From: Balanoglossus misakiensis
Lineage: Eukaryota; Animalia; Hemichordata
DNA: 64,000 nucleotides
NCBI GenBank assembly: GCA_040954595.2
Contig: CM082592.2
Location: forward strand, 1,054,001-1,118,000
Reading direction: 5' to 3'
This document shows positions 1 to 12,364 of this stretch, one piece after another. The position numbers and the translations under genes were made by a program. The notes under the pieces were generated by a model. The model saw only the letters and a program-made list of their open reading frames with translations. It made no database searches and had not been told where the DNA came from. Numbering within the stretch: position 1 is the stretch's first letter; each line of letters begins with the position of its first letter.

Positions 1-4
1 CTAC

Positions 5-3000
5 ATGATGAAGACAAAACGAAAGTCTTCTGCATGGTATGGCGCTTTTACGAAGATGGGAAAGAATGATTTCGGTGGAAGAAGAGGCAGAGTTGGGTAT
101 GCCAAGTTCAAAGGTCGATCACCACGGACAATTGGCCCTGGACGTGAGATGCATATCAGTTGTAAGGTGCCTAGGGGACCCAATGGTGGAGATTACACAG
201 CTGTGGTAGAAGGGCCAGAAAACAGAGACCTGCCTAGTGGACTTATGGTAGGGAGAACCCTGTCAAACGTACAAGATGGCCACGTCACAGTTCGAGTTTG
301 TAACATCTCTACTAAACCGGTAGTAGTCAGACCCAACACTGTACTTGGCGAAGTGTTTGTTGGTGGAAGGGTGATAGACACTGTGTCCTCTAGCCTGATG
401 TCAGAAGGTGACAAGGACAAATCGTCCCCCTCGGAGAGAGGAAGACCGACTAACCGCCAGGGTGGTGTTGATGGGAAACGAGCTAGTAGAAATAGACGGC
501 AGGATGTTTCTGAAATACGCGTCCGGTGCTATCATCAACGAGTAGTAGCAGCGAAGCAAGATTTCCCTCGAGTTGACCTGTCGCAGTCAGTGATCCAGAG
601 TAAAGACGAACTTAAGCAACTACAGGAATTGCTCTACCGAAACAGAGATGTCTTCTCACAGCATGATATGGACTACGGGGGGACGTCGACGATTCAACAT
701 GAGATTCCATCGGTAGATGACAGACCAGTTCGACTACCGCATCGTAAGATAATCCCTGCAAATTATCAGGAGGTTCGAAAGACTATCAAAAAGATGGAAG
801 AGTCTGGAGCAATTCAACCGAGCCAGTCACCCTATGCCAGCCCTATAGTAGTTGTCCGGAAAAAGGACCACAGCATGAGGATATGCGTCGACTACCGTCA
901 ACTGAACTCTCGCACTATTAGAGATTCTTACCCGCTTCCGAGGATCGAAGAAGCGCTTGAGGCCTTGGGCAATGCGAAGTTCTTCTCGTCGCTAGACTTG
1001 ACCTCAGGTTACTGGCAAGTGGAGGTAGCTGAAAAGGATCGCCACAAGACTGCGTTCACAACACTGATGGGCTTGTATGAGTGTAACCGCATGCCTTTTG
1101 GTCTCCAGAATGCGCCCGCGACCTTCCAGAGACTTATGATGTGTTGTTTTGGAGATCAGAACTTTGAGACTGTATTGATTTATTTGGACGATATTATAGT
1201 TTTCTCGAAGACTTTCAAGGAGCACCTGCAGAGACTCCAGATTGTGTTTGATCGCCTCAGGAAACATGGCCTGAAGTTAAAACCTCAAAAATGCCATCTT
1301 CTTCGTGAGCGTGTAGGATACCTTGGGCATATTGTTAGTAAAGCCGGGATCGAGACGGACCCAGAGAAGATTACCAAAGTGAGGAACTGGAAACGACCTA
1401 CCAACCCAAAAGAGGTCCTTCAGTTTCTAGGATTTTCTGGATATTATAGACGTTTTATAAAGGGCTATGCCGCCATAGCCGCTCCGTTGTATAGACTGAC
1501 GACGGGAGACCCTCGCAAAAAAGATGGGGAAGAAGACGCCAAAGTGTAAACCCCCACCCTTCGAGTGGACTGATGAGTGTGAATCAGCGTTCAACCTGTT
1601 GAAGGAAAAATTGACCACGACACCAGTCCTTGGATATCCTGACTTCAGCCTGCCATTTGTGCTGCAAACAGATGCATCCATAGATGGGCTTGGAGCGGTC
1701 TTGGCTCAGACCCAAGGAAAAGAGGAGCGTGTTATAGCGTATGGTAGTAGAGGACTGAATCCAGCTGAGACGAGATACCCAGCTCACAAGCTGGAATTCT
1801 TGTGCCTGAAATGGGCGGTTACTGAAAAATTCAGGGACTACCTCTACAGCATGAAATTCACAGTCCTGACGGACAACAACCCACTCAAGTACGTGATGTC
1901 TACTTCGAAGCTTGATGCGACTGGACAGCGTTGGGTGTCGGAGTTGTCGACTTTTGATTTTGAGATAAAGTACAGACCGGGAAAGAGCAATGCCAACGTG
2001 GATGCCCTGTCGAGGATGCCGCAGAAGGAGGTTGAGGAAGCGCTCAGAGTAGTCAGTGGTGTTACCAAAAGCAAAGGTCACCTGGCGAAGACTGAAATGC
2101 CGACCAACCCACAGATGCATCGTGAAGACAAGGGATCGCCCGCATTGCCCGGCATTTGTTCTCAGGAGATGGAAGTTCTTCAACGGGAAGATGCCATCAT
2201 CAGTAGAGTTTTGTTTTACCTTGGCCGTGGCAGGAGACCAAGCAGACGTGAGAGAGCTATGGAAACCAAAGACACTAACCTATTGTTGAAGCAGTGGGAC
2301 AGGTTACGACTGAGTAACGGATTGTTGTATAGGTGTTACAAGGATGACCAGAAGGTGGAAACCAGACAGTTGGTACTTCCACAGAAACTGATAGACAGCG
2401 CTTTACAAGCTTTGCATAGTGAAAATGGACATCTCGGATTCGATAGAACACTGGACCTTATGCGAGGCCGTTTCTATTGGCCGGGTATGCAGAGTTGTGT
2501 GAAGTCCTGGTGTGAGACGTGCAAGAGATGTATATTGAGGAAAGCCCCACCTACAGCTACACGTGTACCTCTAGTCAGCATTCGTACGACCAGGCCGCTC
2601 GAGCTTGTATGTATTGACTACTTGACATTGGAACCGTCCAAAGGTGGCATTGAGAACATTTTGGTTGTAACCGACCACTTCACTAGGTATGCACAGGCAT
2701 ACCCAACCAGAGATCAGAAGGCGACCACCGTTGCTAAAGTCCTATGGAAAGAGTTCATTTCCCACTATGGTTTCCCTACAAGAATCCACGCCGACCAAGG
2801 CAGAAACTTTGAAAGCCAGATAGTGAAGGAGTTGTGCAAGCTTTCAGGTACTACCAAGAGTCGTACCACCAGCTACCATGCACAGGGCAATGAGATGACG
2901 GAGAGATACAACAAGACTCTTTTGGATATGTTAGGAACCCTCGACCTATCCCAGAAAGCGAATTGGAAGGAATATGTCAGTGCCATGACACATGCCTACA

Positions 3001-4214
3001 ATTGTACCAAACACGAGTCAACTGGAACATCCCCATTCTACCTCATGTTCATGCGTCACCCACGATTGCCGCTGGACCTGGCATTTGGAGTCGACATGGA
3101 TGAAGGCGAACAGGAAGTCCAGCACTCAGAGTACATCTCGGGTCTCCGTGACAGACTCAGGTGTGCCTATGAAGAGGCCACGAGGAAGGCAGATGTGTCG
3201 AGAAAGAAGCAGAAGCAGAGCTATGACAAGAAGGCGAAAGAAGATATCCTCCAGCCAGGAGACCGAGTCCTTGTTCAAAACAAACACCCAACTCCCGGTA
3301 GAAGTAAGCTGAGAAACAAGTGGGAATCCGTGCCCTACATCGTTGTCAGTAAAAAAGCAGATGTCCCAGTCTATGTGATTCAGTCCGAGGAAGATAGTGA
3401 GAAGCAGCGTGTATTACACAGGAACATGCTGAGGCCATGCATGTTTCTATCCCCAGCTACGTCAGCCGCTACTAAAGAAGAAACAGTTGATGTAGCTACC
3501 TCTAAACCGAAGGATGGCTGTGATACGGATGTGCAGTCAGATGAAGATGAGCATAGTAACAGTTCGGATGATGAGGGATTGTTGCAGACATACATAAGAA
3601 GGTACTCGCCCAGTTTGAAACCAGCGTTGGACGATGGACCCAGAAATGACCCACAGATGGAGTGTTTTGGAGCATGTCCTGCCCAGACTATTGAGGTCGC
3701 TGCAGTGGCACCGCCAACAGTTGAGACAGAGCCGAGTTTGAGACAACAGTACAGTACTAGTGTTCCAGAAGACGATAGTCAGGACAAGAGAGAAGAGCGA
3801 AACTCATGTTGTGCAGCAGAGAAGTCAGTGTTAATGTCAGTGAGCGAACCAGTAAGAACAGCCGTGTCTACCTTCCAAGAAGATGACGTTTCATTCCAGA
3901 AACAGATTTCCAGTTTCCAGATTCCAGGTTTAGATGCCACAGGAGATTCAACCATAACCCCAGATGAGACCGTCGTAAACATCAGTCCTGTTGATGTTAC
4001 CAAGCCAGAGATACCAGATGTACATGACCAGACAGAGGACGAGACCAGTGTACAAGGAGAAGTGGAACAGAGGTACCCGTCTAGAGCGAGGCAACCACCG
4101 GACAGATTGATGTACTATTGTATGAGCTTGATGTGTGCACTGATGAAAAGACAGTCATGCCAGAACTCGCATCGAGAACACTCGAAAAATGACACTTGTA
4201 GCCAGATTTCATGA
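5..4214 (+). pseudogene. pol: Gypsy pol polyprotein (RT, RNase H, integrase) split by one frameshift at ~1524-1549
   Basis: Motifs LDLTSGYWQV, MPFGLQNAPATFQR, YLDDII (RT); TDAS, LEFLCLKWA, TDNNPL (RNase H); H-x4-H...C-x2-C, CIDYL, HADQGRNFES, TERYN (integrase). The frame switches near an A-run. Confidence 0.92.
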
Positions 4215-4296
4215 ACTGTACTGTTTGCATATTGTATGTGTAGGATTGATGTTTCAGGTGAACGATAGGGACCTCGTTCCATAAACAGGCGGAGTA

Positions 4297-4795
4297 TGTG
4301 ACCAGGTATTACTTGCATTGGATAAGTTCAGTGTTAAATTTCCCAACAAAATCATATTCTACATTATTGTTCATTGTGTTCAATCTTTGATATTGCATGC
4401 ATTACATTGTTTGACTACTTCAGCGGGCCGCCCCCTAGTGTCAGGGAAAGTCCTCAAACTTGACCTTTGACACATGGGTGTCTAACATGGCCGCTGTTTG
4501 TGTTTTACTATAGGTAAGCACTCTCTTCGTAATCATCTATTTTCCGAGTCGTAACCGAGCAATCCATTCTTGAGATATGCATCAATGAGCAGTTCGAGAA
4601 CTGGCGATAGCTGTTGTTGAGTTGATGTTGATGATTTGAGACGATTGAGCAGTTATTTGTGAAGTTGAAAAGTTGTGTATTTTGGTATTGTACTTTCCTT
4701 TGACACATGGGTGTCTAACATGGCCGCTGTTTGTGTTTTACTATAGAGAGAAATAAAGGCACCGAGATCGCTCTGTGCGGCACCTCCGGTTACCA
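4297..4795 (+). repeat. Probable Gypsy 3' LTR with an internal ~50-bp direct duplication (4464-4513 / 4697-4746)
   Basis: Starts TGT after a PPT-like tract; CCTTTGACACATGGGTGTCTAACATGGCCGCTGTTTGTGTTTTACTATAG occurs twice. Confidence 0.6.
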
Positions 4796-5002
4796 ACGTT
4801 CCTAAGATAAATACGGCGGTCGGCGTTTGTTGTTGTTGTCGTGCTGCCGACGAGTGCGACGTGTCTCGCGGGGCCCCTAAGGCCTAGTCCACGGCCCCCT
4901 TCCCGCCTGCAATCCGCACCGGGGAGCAGTCACGTGCGTACGCCCACCCGGCAGCCGCAGCCCCATGTTGTAGCCCGCAAGCGCCCCGATCCACACCGCC
5001 AC

Positions 5003-7560
5003 ATGAAGTTTGGTGAAAAATTATGTCTGTTACTAAAATCTTGGAAAGATAAAATGGAACCGGAAAAATCTAATAAATCCGAAATATACATTACAACATT
5101 ATCATACCAGTTTTTATAAAATATGGTAGCGTTGTTAACTTTCAGCTCTGGTTGAACCATATACACTTTTTTATGTTATTAATAGGGTCGGGGGGGGGGG
5201 GGTTAAGTTTTTGACCAACATAGTAGTACTGAGTACCAGAAGCTATGACGTGAAAATCTGTTTCTGGCAAACTCCACGACCTGAGCGGGGGTGAAGTGGG
5301 TAAGATAGCAGGGGATATACCCACAGTTTAAACATTTCTATCCACTGAGAATATTGATTGGACATTAATCTGTTAATCCACGAAGCATGCACTGCTTGAA
5401 CGAATGAGGGAAGATGGGTCATTCGCAAACCCCACTCATCACAATTACAACATAATCTTAATATATTGACTTTATCAGGTTTTGAATTCCGATAAAACTC
5501 TAATAAGTGTACATATTTGATTATCTGACATGGGAGGTAAGGATGAGAAAATATGAATAAACTGTGACAAAGCAAGTGTTTTAGCTATTGTAATCTTGCC
5601 AAACAAGGTCACAGGTCGCCATGACCACTTAGTAAGCAGTGTGGACACTTCCCTTACTTTTGGTGTAAAATTTAACATATCGAGCCCAACAAGATCAACG
5701 TTCAGGTTAATACTGTTAACGGTTCATCAACCCATAATAAGTTCTTGTTTGGCAACAAAATATCATGTGAATGGCATTTAGCGCCAAACCAAACCAATTT
5801 AGTTTTTTGGTAGTTAATTCGCAAACCCGACAGAAAAGTAAAGAAACCCAAGGTAGCAAACAGATTTTTCAGAGAACTTTCAGAACCATCTCAATATACA
5901 AAAATATCATCTGCGTATTGCCCCAGTAATTTTTTTTTATCTCTAAGTGTAATTCCTTCTATATTACTATGGGCTCTGATTTCATGCGCAAGTTTTTCAA
6001 CACAGGTGATAAACAGGTACGGTGATAGAGGATCACCTTGTCTAACACCTCTCTCGAGGGGAAAAAAGCAGGAAAGTTTCCGTTATTTATAACACAACTA
6101 GTGGTGTTTTTATAAAACACTTTGACCCATTTTCTGAAAGAGGGATAAAAATTAAACTTTCTCAATGCTTTATCGATAAATTCCCAAGAAAGCGTGTCAA
6201 ACGCCATTTCAAAGTCTAGAAGTACAAGAAAACCTTGTCTATCTTTGAAGTTAACAATACATCATCAATCAAACGTGTATTTTCACCAATATACCTTCCT
6301 TTCCTCAAAAAACCTTTCTAGTCAGGGTGAATAATTTTTGGCAAGAACCGTTTCATACGGTTTGCTATAACACCAGATGCAATCTTATCATCCGTGTTTA
6401 GCAATGTAATACGGCGCCAATTTTTCATGTGAAATCTATTCTTGTTGGGTTTCGGGATACAAGTAACAATTCCCCGCTTTTGAGAAATAGACATTTCGCC
6501 TGAGGAGTAGGCGGAATTAATTGCACGGGCTATATAAACACCAATGTCAGGCCAAAAAAATTTCGGCAGAAAAACCGTCTGTTCCTGGTGACTTATTATT
6601 TGCTATTGACTTCAACACTACTCCACATTCATGCTTAGACAGGGCCCCTTCCAAAGAATCCCGTTCCTCAGTACTCAAAGTAGGCAAAGTATTTCCATGC
6701 TGCATAAAATTATCTAACTGGTCAATATTGCAAGCAACGTTTTTGGTAGCCGCATATAGATTCCGGTAAAACTTAGATTGTTCACGAAGGATGTCTTCGT
6801 CTTCAGTTATTGTGGAGCCAACACTCAGGCACAGCTGACCGATGGCTTTATTGGTGAAATGTCTCTTTTCCATAGAGCAAAAATACTTAGTAGGTTTTTC
6901 CCCTTCTGTAGACCACCTGGCCCGAGCACGTACGCGACTTCCTTCTACTTTTTTGACAGTATGCTATCAACTGTTTTTTTTTCATGCAGTTCATCTAACA
7001 TGTCAGGCGTTTATAGATCATTCACACGAGTTTCTAGTAAAATATTCTCCGTTTCAAGCTGTTTCTCGGCCCTAATAAATTCCTAGTTGCATACGAAATC
7101 GTAACTCCACGAATTTTTATTTTCAACGTATCCAAGAAAAGTTGATCCGAAATGGTAAAAGTGGGACCAGCTTGAGAGCTTCCCTCCTGTCTGTACTCAT
7201 CCTTAGTATCCCGAATTGTGTTTTTAACAATGTCCACATAATCGTTGTCATCCGAGAGAGACGTATTGCAGAGTGGTCACTCCGGTAACCGACACAAATA
7301 TTTGCAGTTGCGGTCATATTAGCGAATTCAGGCGTAATAAGAAAATAATCCAGCCTTTTGCGCCTAAACTACGTAAATGTACGCGAGGACTCGTTTATCA
7401 TCCGCCAAATATCTATCAAATTATACTCATCACAGAGAAGATCAATTTGTTGCCTTGCATCCGAGTGAGAGTCTGTAGTGCGGCCAGCTGTGTCAGCATC
7501 CAAACCCTCACTACATTCCAGTCCCCAACTGCAATAACTGAATTATTACCAAACATATTG
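5003..7560 (-). pseudogene. Decayed Tx1/L1-type LINE ORF2 (endonuclease + RT fragments)
   Basis: Fragmentary minus-strand ORFs: VIAVGDWNV, GYRSDHSA, NKSPGTDGFSAE, AFDTLSWEFI..FRKWVKVFY, WSWRPVTLFGKITIAKTLALSQ; many frameshifts; same family type as 54084..57917. Confidence 0.85.
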
Positions 7561-7589
7561 ATCTGCCATTTCAAATCAATATAGAATCT

Positions 7590-8172
7590 AGTACCACCTA
7601 CCCCAAGACCATGCGTAATCCCATAGGATACACACATTTCAAAGTTGTCTCTAAAGAGTGTTTTATTGTTAAATAACTAATGTTAACATTTGTTTTCTTG
7701 TTTAATATATAGAATTAAATAATCCAAACCTAAAAAGTTGTCAAAAATTTGCTTCACAAAAAGAAAATCACAATTGTAACATTGTCTTTTGAGTGAAAAC
7801 TTTCAAAATTGCCGAAAAAATTAATTTAAAAATCATCTAATTAAATATTCATAAATATTGTTTAATAAAGTTTGTGCTTCCCGTAAAGAGCAGTATCTAA
7901 GCTTTCTAAAAATATGAGGTTTATGTAATTTCATGGTAGTTTTATTTTTTTAGGAGAGAATATAGTACCCCCTACCCCAACCCATTTTTCGCCATTTTGA
8001 GCGGCACATACCTTTCAAAAACCACCCCGGAGGGGTAGTGCAACCCAAAATATTCAATGTTAACATCTTTTTTCTTGTTCAGCACGTTCTAAAGAACAAA
8101 AAAATACCCAAGTGGTAGGTTTATGGGGGGGGGGGGTGGGGTGCACGGTGGACCCCTCCAGCCCACGGACTA
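7590..8172. mobile_element. One end of an Academ-type non-autonomous element (terminus ...CCACGGACTA)
   Basis: G-run plus CACGGACTA terminus abuts the macro-repeat in mid-unit; the partner end was not found. Confidence 0.4.
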
Positions 8173-11100
8173 AGAGATATTGACGAAATTCAAGAAAAAA
8201 TAGCCATTTTGGCCATATTTTGACAAAAATGGTAAATTTTTAAAAAAATCATAAAAAATTAATTCTTTTCTTCATTTTCGGAAATATTATGGAGCATGAA
8301 GTGTCGTTCTCCTGAAAAAAGTGCTGCAAATTCCAGAAAAGGCGGTATAATTTGAATCACCCAAGACAAAATTACCATTTTCGACTTTTTTCGAAATATT
8401 GTCTTTTTTACAAAATAAATAAGAATAAATTCTTTTCTTAGTTTCAAACGGGTAGAGATACTTTCCACACGGGTTTTCTAACATTGAATTCCCGTTCATC
8501 AACTCAGATTTCCTACAGCATAAGTCGGCTAAAACCCTGACACTCTAGAGCAGAAACAGTTGCACACTGGTAACGTTGAACAAGTCGATTTTTCTACGGC
8601 CTGGCTCGGCTAAATCTCCGTCACAATATGACAGACACTAGCGTACGTTAGCAACGGTGATCAAGTCAGATTTTCTACGGCATGGCTTGGATAAAGCCCC
8701 GGCACTCTAGAGCAGAAACACGCGTACAGAGACCACGTTGATCAAGTCTGATCTCCTACGGCTTGGCTCGACTAAAACCCGGCACACTATGACAGACACT
8801 AGCGTTCGTTAGCAACGTTGATCAAGTCAGATTTCCTACGGCATGGCCTGGCTAAAGCCCTGGCACTCTAGAGCAGAAACACGCCTACAGAGACCATGTT
8901 GATCTACTCACATTTCCTTCGGCCTGGCACGGCTGATGCCCCGGCACTATATATAGGACACAGACTGGCGTAAGTTAACGACGGTAATCACGTCGGGTTT
9001 CCTACGGCCTGGCTCAGCTGAAGCCCCGGCACTCTAGAGCAGAAACACGCGTACAGAGACCACGTTGATCAAGTCTGATCTCCTACGGCTTGGCTCGACT
9101 AAAACCCCGGCACACTATGACAGACACTAGCGTTCGTTAGCAACGTTGATCAAGTCAGATATCCTACGGCTTGGCTTGGCTAAAACCCTGGCACTCTAGA
9201 GCAGAAAACACGCGTACAGAGACCACGTTAATCTACTCACATTTCCTTCGGCCTGGCACGGCTGATGCCCCGGCACTATATATAGGACACAGACTGGCGT
9301 AAGTTAACAACGGTAATCACGTCGGGTTTCCTACGGCCTGGCTCAGCTGAAGCCCCGGCACTCTAGAGCAGAAACAGGCGTACATTGACCACGTTGATCA
9401 AGTCAGATTTCCTACGGCGTGACTCGGCTGGTGCACCGGCTCTATATGACACAGACTGGCGTAAGTTATCAACGGTGATTACGTCGGATTTCCTACGGCC
9501 TGGTTTAGCTGAAGCCCCGGCACTTTAGAGCGGAAACACGCGTACATTGACCACGATGATCAAGTCAGATCTCCTACGGCCTGGCTCGACTAAAACCCCG
9601 GCACTCCATGACAGACACTAGCGTTCGTTAGCAACGGTGGTCAAGTCGGATTTCCTTCGGCCTGGCTCTGCAAAAGACCCGACACTCTAGTACAAAGACG
9701 TTGGCTAAGTCGGGCAAACCGAAGAGGGAAAGTCACAGCGGGTCAACACTCGACATTTGTTCGGGTAGGACTGCATTATTGCCTGTCAATTTATAGAGAA
9801 AGCCCGAATTTAACCAGGGCGTTTCAAACACCGACGTTAGTTGGGGGCACGGGCTGCAGTACTGCCGGGTAAGCTGACATCGGCGTACCGCATATAATGT
9901 AGGGGGGGGACAGAACGGTTCAATACTACATTTATTAGATATCAGCTAATTTTGGACAATCATCTAAAATCTAAATCATTTTTTCATATTTGGATATCTG
10001 ATGATGTATGAAATTTCCATTATATGTAAAAATGGTGCTGATTATAAAAAATGCACTCTGAATGAGCTGATTTAATACAAAATTGCGTTTTATTCGTTTT
10101 TGCACCAAAAAGGTCATTTTTAGGCAAAACATTCTTTATTTTTTTTAATTCGGTGACCTGATCATATATAAACAATTGCTTGTATGTTAAACGTTTTTAT
10201 GACTTTTAAAAGCAGTGACACTGGCGGCATTCAACACGAAAATAACAATTTTAGCCACAATTTGGTCAAAATGGTAAATTTTTGAAAATTACAAAAAATA
10301 CCTGTTTACTACATTTTCGGAAATCTAATGGAGTATAGAATGCTCTTCGTATGTATATATCGATACAAATTCCACAAAAGACCGTCTAATTTGGCTCACT
10401 GCAGACAAAATTGCGTTTTACCAAATTTTCCTTGAAAATGTCATTTTTAGAAAAAAAAACTAAAAAAAACTTTTTTCTTCGAATTTGGTGCCCTGATCAT
10501 ATATGACATGTTGATTGTATGTTAAAACTTTCGACCACTCCAAAAATGCAGAGATATTGACGGAATTCAAGAAAAAATAGCCATTTTGGCCATATTTTGA
10601 CAAAAATGGTAAATTTTTAAAAAATCATAAAAAATTAACTCTTTTCTTCATTTTCGGAAATATTATGGAGCATGAAGTGTCGTTCTCTTGTAAAAAGTGC
10701 TGCAAATTCCAGAAAAGGCAGTATAATTTGAATCACCCCAGACAAAATTACCATTTTCGACTTTTTTTCGAAATATTGTCTTTTTTACAAAATAAATAAG
10801 AATAAATTCTTTTCTTAGTTTCAAACGGGTAGAGATACTTTCCACACGGCTTTTCTAACATTGAATTCCCGCTCATCAACTCAGATTTCCTACAGCATAA
10901 GTCGGCTAAAACCCTGACACTCTAGAGCAGAAACAGTTGCACACTGGTAACGTTGAACAAGTCGATTTTTCTACGGCCTGGCTCTGCTAAATCTCCGTCA
11001 CAATATGACAGACACTAGCGTACGTTAGCAACGGTGATCAAGTCAGATTTCCTACGGCATGGCTTGGCTAAAGCCCTGGCACTCTAGAGCAGAAACACGC

Positions 11101-11819
11101 GTACAGAGACAACGTTGATCTACTCACATTTCCTTCGGCCTGGCACGGCTGATGCCCCAGCACTATATATAGGACACAGACTGGCGTAAGTTGACAACGG
11201 TAATCACGTCGGGTTTCCTACGGCCTGGCTCAGCTGAAGCCCCGGCACTCTAGAGCAGAAACAGGCGTACATTGACCACGTTGATCAAGTCAGATTTCCT
11301 ACGGCGTGACTCGGCTGGTGCACCGGCTCTATATGACACAGACTGGCGTAAGTTATCAACGGTGATTACGTCGGATTTCCTACGGCCTGGTTTAGCTGAA
11401 GCCCCGGAACTTTAGAGCGGAAACAGGCGTACATTGACCACGATGATCAAGTCAGATCTCCTACGGCCTGGCTCGACTAAAACCCCGGCACACCATGACA
11501 GACACTAGCGTTCGTTAGCAACGGAGATCAAGTCGGATTTCCTTCGGCCTGGCTCTGCAAAAGACCCGACACTCTAGTACAAAGACGTTGGCTAAGTCGA
11601 GCAAACCGAAGAGGGAAAGTCACAGCGGGTCAACACTCGACATTTGTTCCGGTAGGACTGCATTATTGCCTGTCAATTTATAGAGAAAGCCCGAATTTAA
11701 CCAGGGCATTTCAAACACCTACGTTAGTTGGGGGCACGGCCTGCAGTACTGCCGGGTAAGCTGACATCGGCGTATCGCATATAATGTAAGGGGGGGGGGA
11801 ACAGAACGGTTCAATACTA
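8173..11819 (+). repeat. Macro-repeat units 1 (partial, 8173-9925) and 2 (9926-11819): AT-rich ~330-bp-period block, ~81-bp monomer array, TATA/G-run block
   Basis: Near-identical blocks recur (e.g. 8173-8660 vs 10550-11040). Monomer core GATCAAGTCAGATTTCCTACGG recurs every 80-85 bp (about 15 monomers in unit 1, about 9 in unit 2). Confidence 0.95.
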
Positions 11820-11839
11820 CACCACTAAAGTGTGACAGG

Positions 11840-12150
11840 CATGCAGCATTACTGTATCACTGCTGTAACAGTAACAGTGGACAGTAATGTAGCAGCGAAG
11901 TAGACGCATCTATGTAACATTCATGTTGGTTCAGACATGCAACATCACTGTCAAGACAGGGGTGTAACATGGCAGTTCCAACATTGCTGTAACAGCGCTG
12001 TTGGAACAGGACTGTAGCACCCATGTTCCAACAGCACTGTTACAGCGCTGTTGAAACAGCCATGTTACAGCCCTGTCATGACAGGGGTGTTACAGACATG
12101 GTTTGATAATGTAGCATTGATGTATTAGTAGGCATGTCACAGGGTACTGT
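11840..12150. repeat. Left subterminal repeats of the CMC element
   Basis: Clustered direct and inverted copies of CTGTAACAG, TGTTACAG and CAGCGCTG, the same motifs as at the right end. Confidence 0.75.
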
Positions 12151-12364
12151 GATACTTGATTTGTTTTCATTGTACAATAACATGGCCTCTCATTTCAATA
12201 TCATTGATTATGTTCATCCTAAGCATGTCAAATGTTGATTACGAACACAAAGACTAACATGTACTCATCATTGCCATTTAAAATATTTTTATTTGTACCA
12301 AAAATAACCAGACAAAGTTGTCAGACAGACAGTTACATGTATTTGCATGTGTGTATGGCACTTT

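Larger units (their letters stand above)
1..4795 (+). mobile_element. Ty3/Gypsy LTR retrotransposon, 3' part (5' end outside window)
   Basis: RT-RNaseH-integrase order in ORFs 5..1549 and 1524..4214; purine-rich CAGGCGGAGTA followed by TGTGAC at 4297 (likely PPT and 3' LTR start); AATAAA at ~4752; LTR end ~4795 is approximate. Confidence 0.9.

Noticed and set aside
4885-8172. TAGTCC at 4885 as the partner TIR of GGACTA at 8172
   Set aside because: Only 6 bp match and there is no TSD.
8498-9715. CRISPR-like repeat/spacer appearance of the 81-bp array
   Set aside because: The variable halves are homologous and recur within and between units, so there are no unique spacers; there are no cas genes and the context is eukaryotic.
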